A DNA stretch of 63,993 nucleotides, counting the filler, from Licmophora abbreviata (Eukaryota): NCBI GenBank assembly GCA_900291995.1. It is 9 parts of 9 records of this genome, joined end to end, with 100 filler letters (N's around TTAATTAATTAA, not from the genome) between each part and the next. Parts side by side here need not be neighbours in the genome. Positions count along the whole stretch, not along the records: positions 61,382 to 63,993 come from OLMU01005541.1; 8 more parts are not named here. One strand, given 5' to 3'. Position 1 is the first letter of the stretch. Every line of letters begins with the position of its first letter. Below the pieces are notes generated by a model. It was not told the DNA's origin. It ran no database searches and worked only from the letters and a program-made list of their open reading frames with translations. Positions 62,698-63,993 of this stretch are shown here, piece by piece. The position numbers and the translations under genes were made by a program.

Positions 62698-63456
62698 CTA
62701 ATGCCGTCGACTACTGTCCTCTTTCGATAACAGCAGTTGCCGCACGTCAGGTCTAGTAGCTTCCACATCGATCAGCTGGTGAAGTGGGGTGAAAGGGGGG
62801 AAATCCATGTCATGAGACTGCCATTCTTTATCATTACAGCGAAGGAAACAACATCAACCCTACTCGTTTTCTTACCATTGCGATGAAAAAGTCGCTATGC
62901 GATAGGCCCTGCAAGGTTGTAGTTTGACATGTGACAGTCGTGATGACTTGCCATGCCGCTTGCTTCGAGAGCAGCTGTCGTTCAATTGATATTGTCGGGT
63001 AGTGGTTGTTCAGATGCGCAACGGCGGCAATCGTCTTCACAAAACGCCCGGCAGTCACGTAATCGGCGTGGTGAAACTCCCGAGCGAGGGCTGTCGGTGA
63101 TTTTTGCTCGCCACTCGTAGATTCAGTCTCCGAATGTCCTTCTACTAGTTTCCATCCTTCGTCCAAAGTCGTCAGCTGCGCGGTTGCATGTTGAAACGAA
63201 AGAGGCTGGCCACCAAGACCGTACGGGTCGCAGACACGGGTCGGTCGTCGCGCCATCGGATCTGAATCCCTTCTTTCTTTTTGATTTCGTTACGCTCCGT
63301 AGAAAAGACCTGTCGACAGGTGGGCCCATTGAATCTGGAGAGGGTCGTCGCAAGTGTCGCCATTCTCCTCTTCGCTGGAACCTCCGCCTTGATCGGCAGT
63401 TGCGCTTTCACAATCGACATGCGACGCAACATCTGATCTCCTATCCTCTTCATCAT
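62698..63456 (-). CDS. Nuclear pterin-4a-carbinolamine dehydratase (PCD/DCoH)-like protein; intron 62875-62776; probable 1-base error at 63278-63282
   Basis: GWKL...LAREFHHADYVTAGRFVKTIAAVAHLNNHYP...GLSHSDFFIAM|LIDVE matches the PCD fold pattern; Arg-rich leader. Confidence 0.8.
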
Positions 63457-63837
63457 CGATCTGTTATGTCTGCTGTCATCTAGATCAGTGTGGGAGTAGC
63501 AGAGAGGCAATCCTTGTCAACGACAAATGGTCTGTTGTATGGCGCGTGGAATGAGAATCGAATCCAGACACTCTCTCGGCGGTTGGCGCTCTTGTTGTTC
63601 GGTGCGCGCTATCTTCCCAGTACTCATTTCTACGCAACTCCTACGTAGACATCTCGAAATCCTCATCTCTATCTCACAAGTGTAGGGTGTCAACGGCGTC
63701 GATATCATCTTCGACGTGTTGCGCCCCGATCTTGGCAACTAGTTGGTAGAGTCCACAGCGAGCACCCTATTGGATAAAGAGCAAAGCGACAGTGGGTGTC
63801 GAAGGCATCCTATTTCGGTTCAGCAGAAAAAGCAACG

Positions 63838-63959
63838 ATGGCGTCCATGGCCAAGCTCTCGATCCGCGGCGTCCGAGCATTTTCACCGGACGAGGAAGAG
63901 CAGGTGATCGAATTCATGTTTCCTGTAACTGTCATCGTCGGGGCGAATGGATGTGGAAA
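63838..63959 (+). CDS. RAD50: DNA repair protein RAD50, first exon (intron GTATGT begins at 63960; not in ORF track)
   Basis: Manual translation MASMAKLSIRGVRAFSPDEEEQVIEFMFPVTVIVGANGCGK, the Rad50 N-terminus with Walker A. Confidence 0.9.
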
Positions 63960-63993
63960 GTATGTAGAAGTGGAGACCGCCGTTCGGCATATC

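Overview
Two very different DNAs joined by artificial 100-bp linkers (N44-TTAATTAATTAA-N44, eight in total). Bases 1-56644 are a large, AT-rich part of a diatom plastid genome: sufC, the atp operon, ftsH, psbI, psaF/J, psaA/B, two tandem acyl carrier protein genes, one copy of the trnP-ycf89-rRNA operon-psbY block, rps6-trnN-thiG, clpC, the large ribosomal protein cluster with ycf88, dnaK, groEL, psb28, syfB, ycf35, psbA, ccs1, ycf46, secA and rpl27/rpl21. Bases 56745-63993 are roughly 50% GC eukaryotic nuclear DNA with short GT-AG introns: a TruB-like gene, DNA polymerase alpha B subunit, two Pol III tRNAs, a TTC38-like gene, a PCD/DCoH-like gene and the first exon of RAD50. Ten reading-frame breaks all fall in A/T homopolymers and are most likely sequencing errors. 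I found no mobile element, CRISPR array or clearly new multi-gene system. The best leads come from manual alignment and need HMM or structure confirmation. The orphan Ycf88 looks like a divergent tandem paralog of uL22 (rpl22). Ycf89 contains a YggT/YlmG (Ycf19)-like membrane domain. A second, divergent plastid ACP has DSR in place of DSL. The nuclear PCD homolog lacks catalytic histidines.
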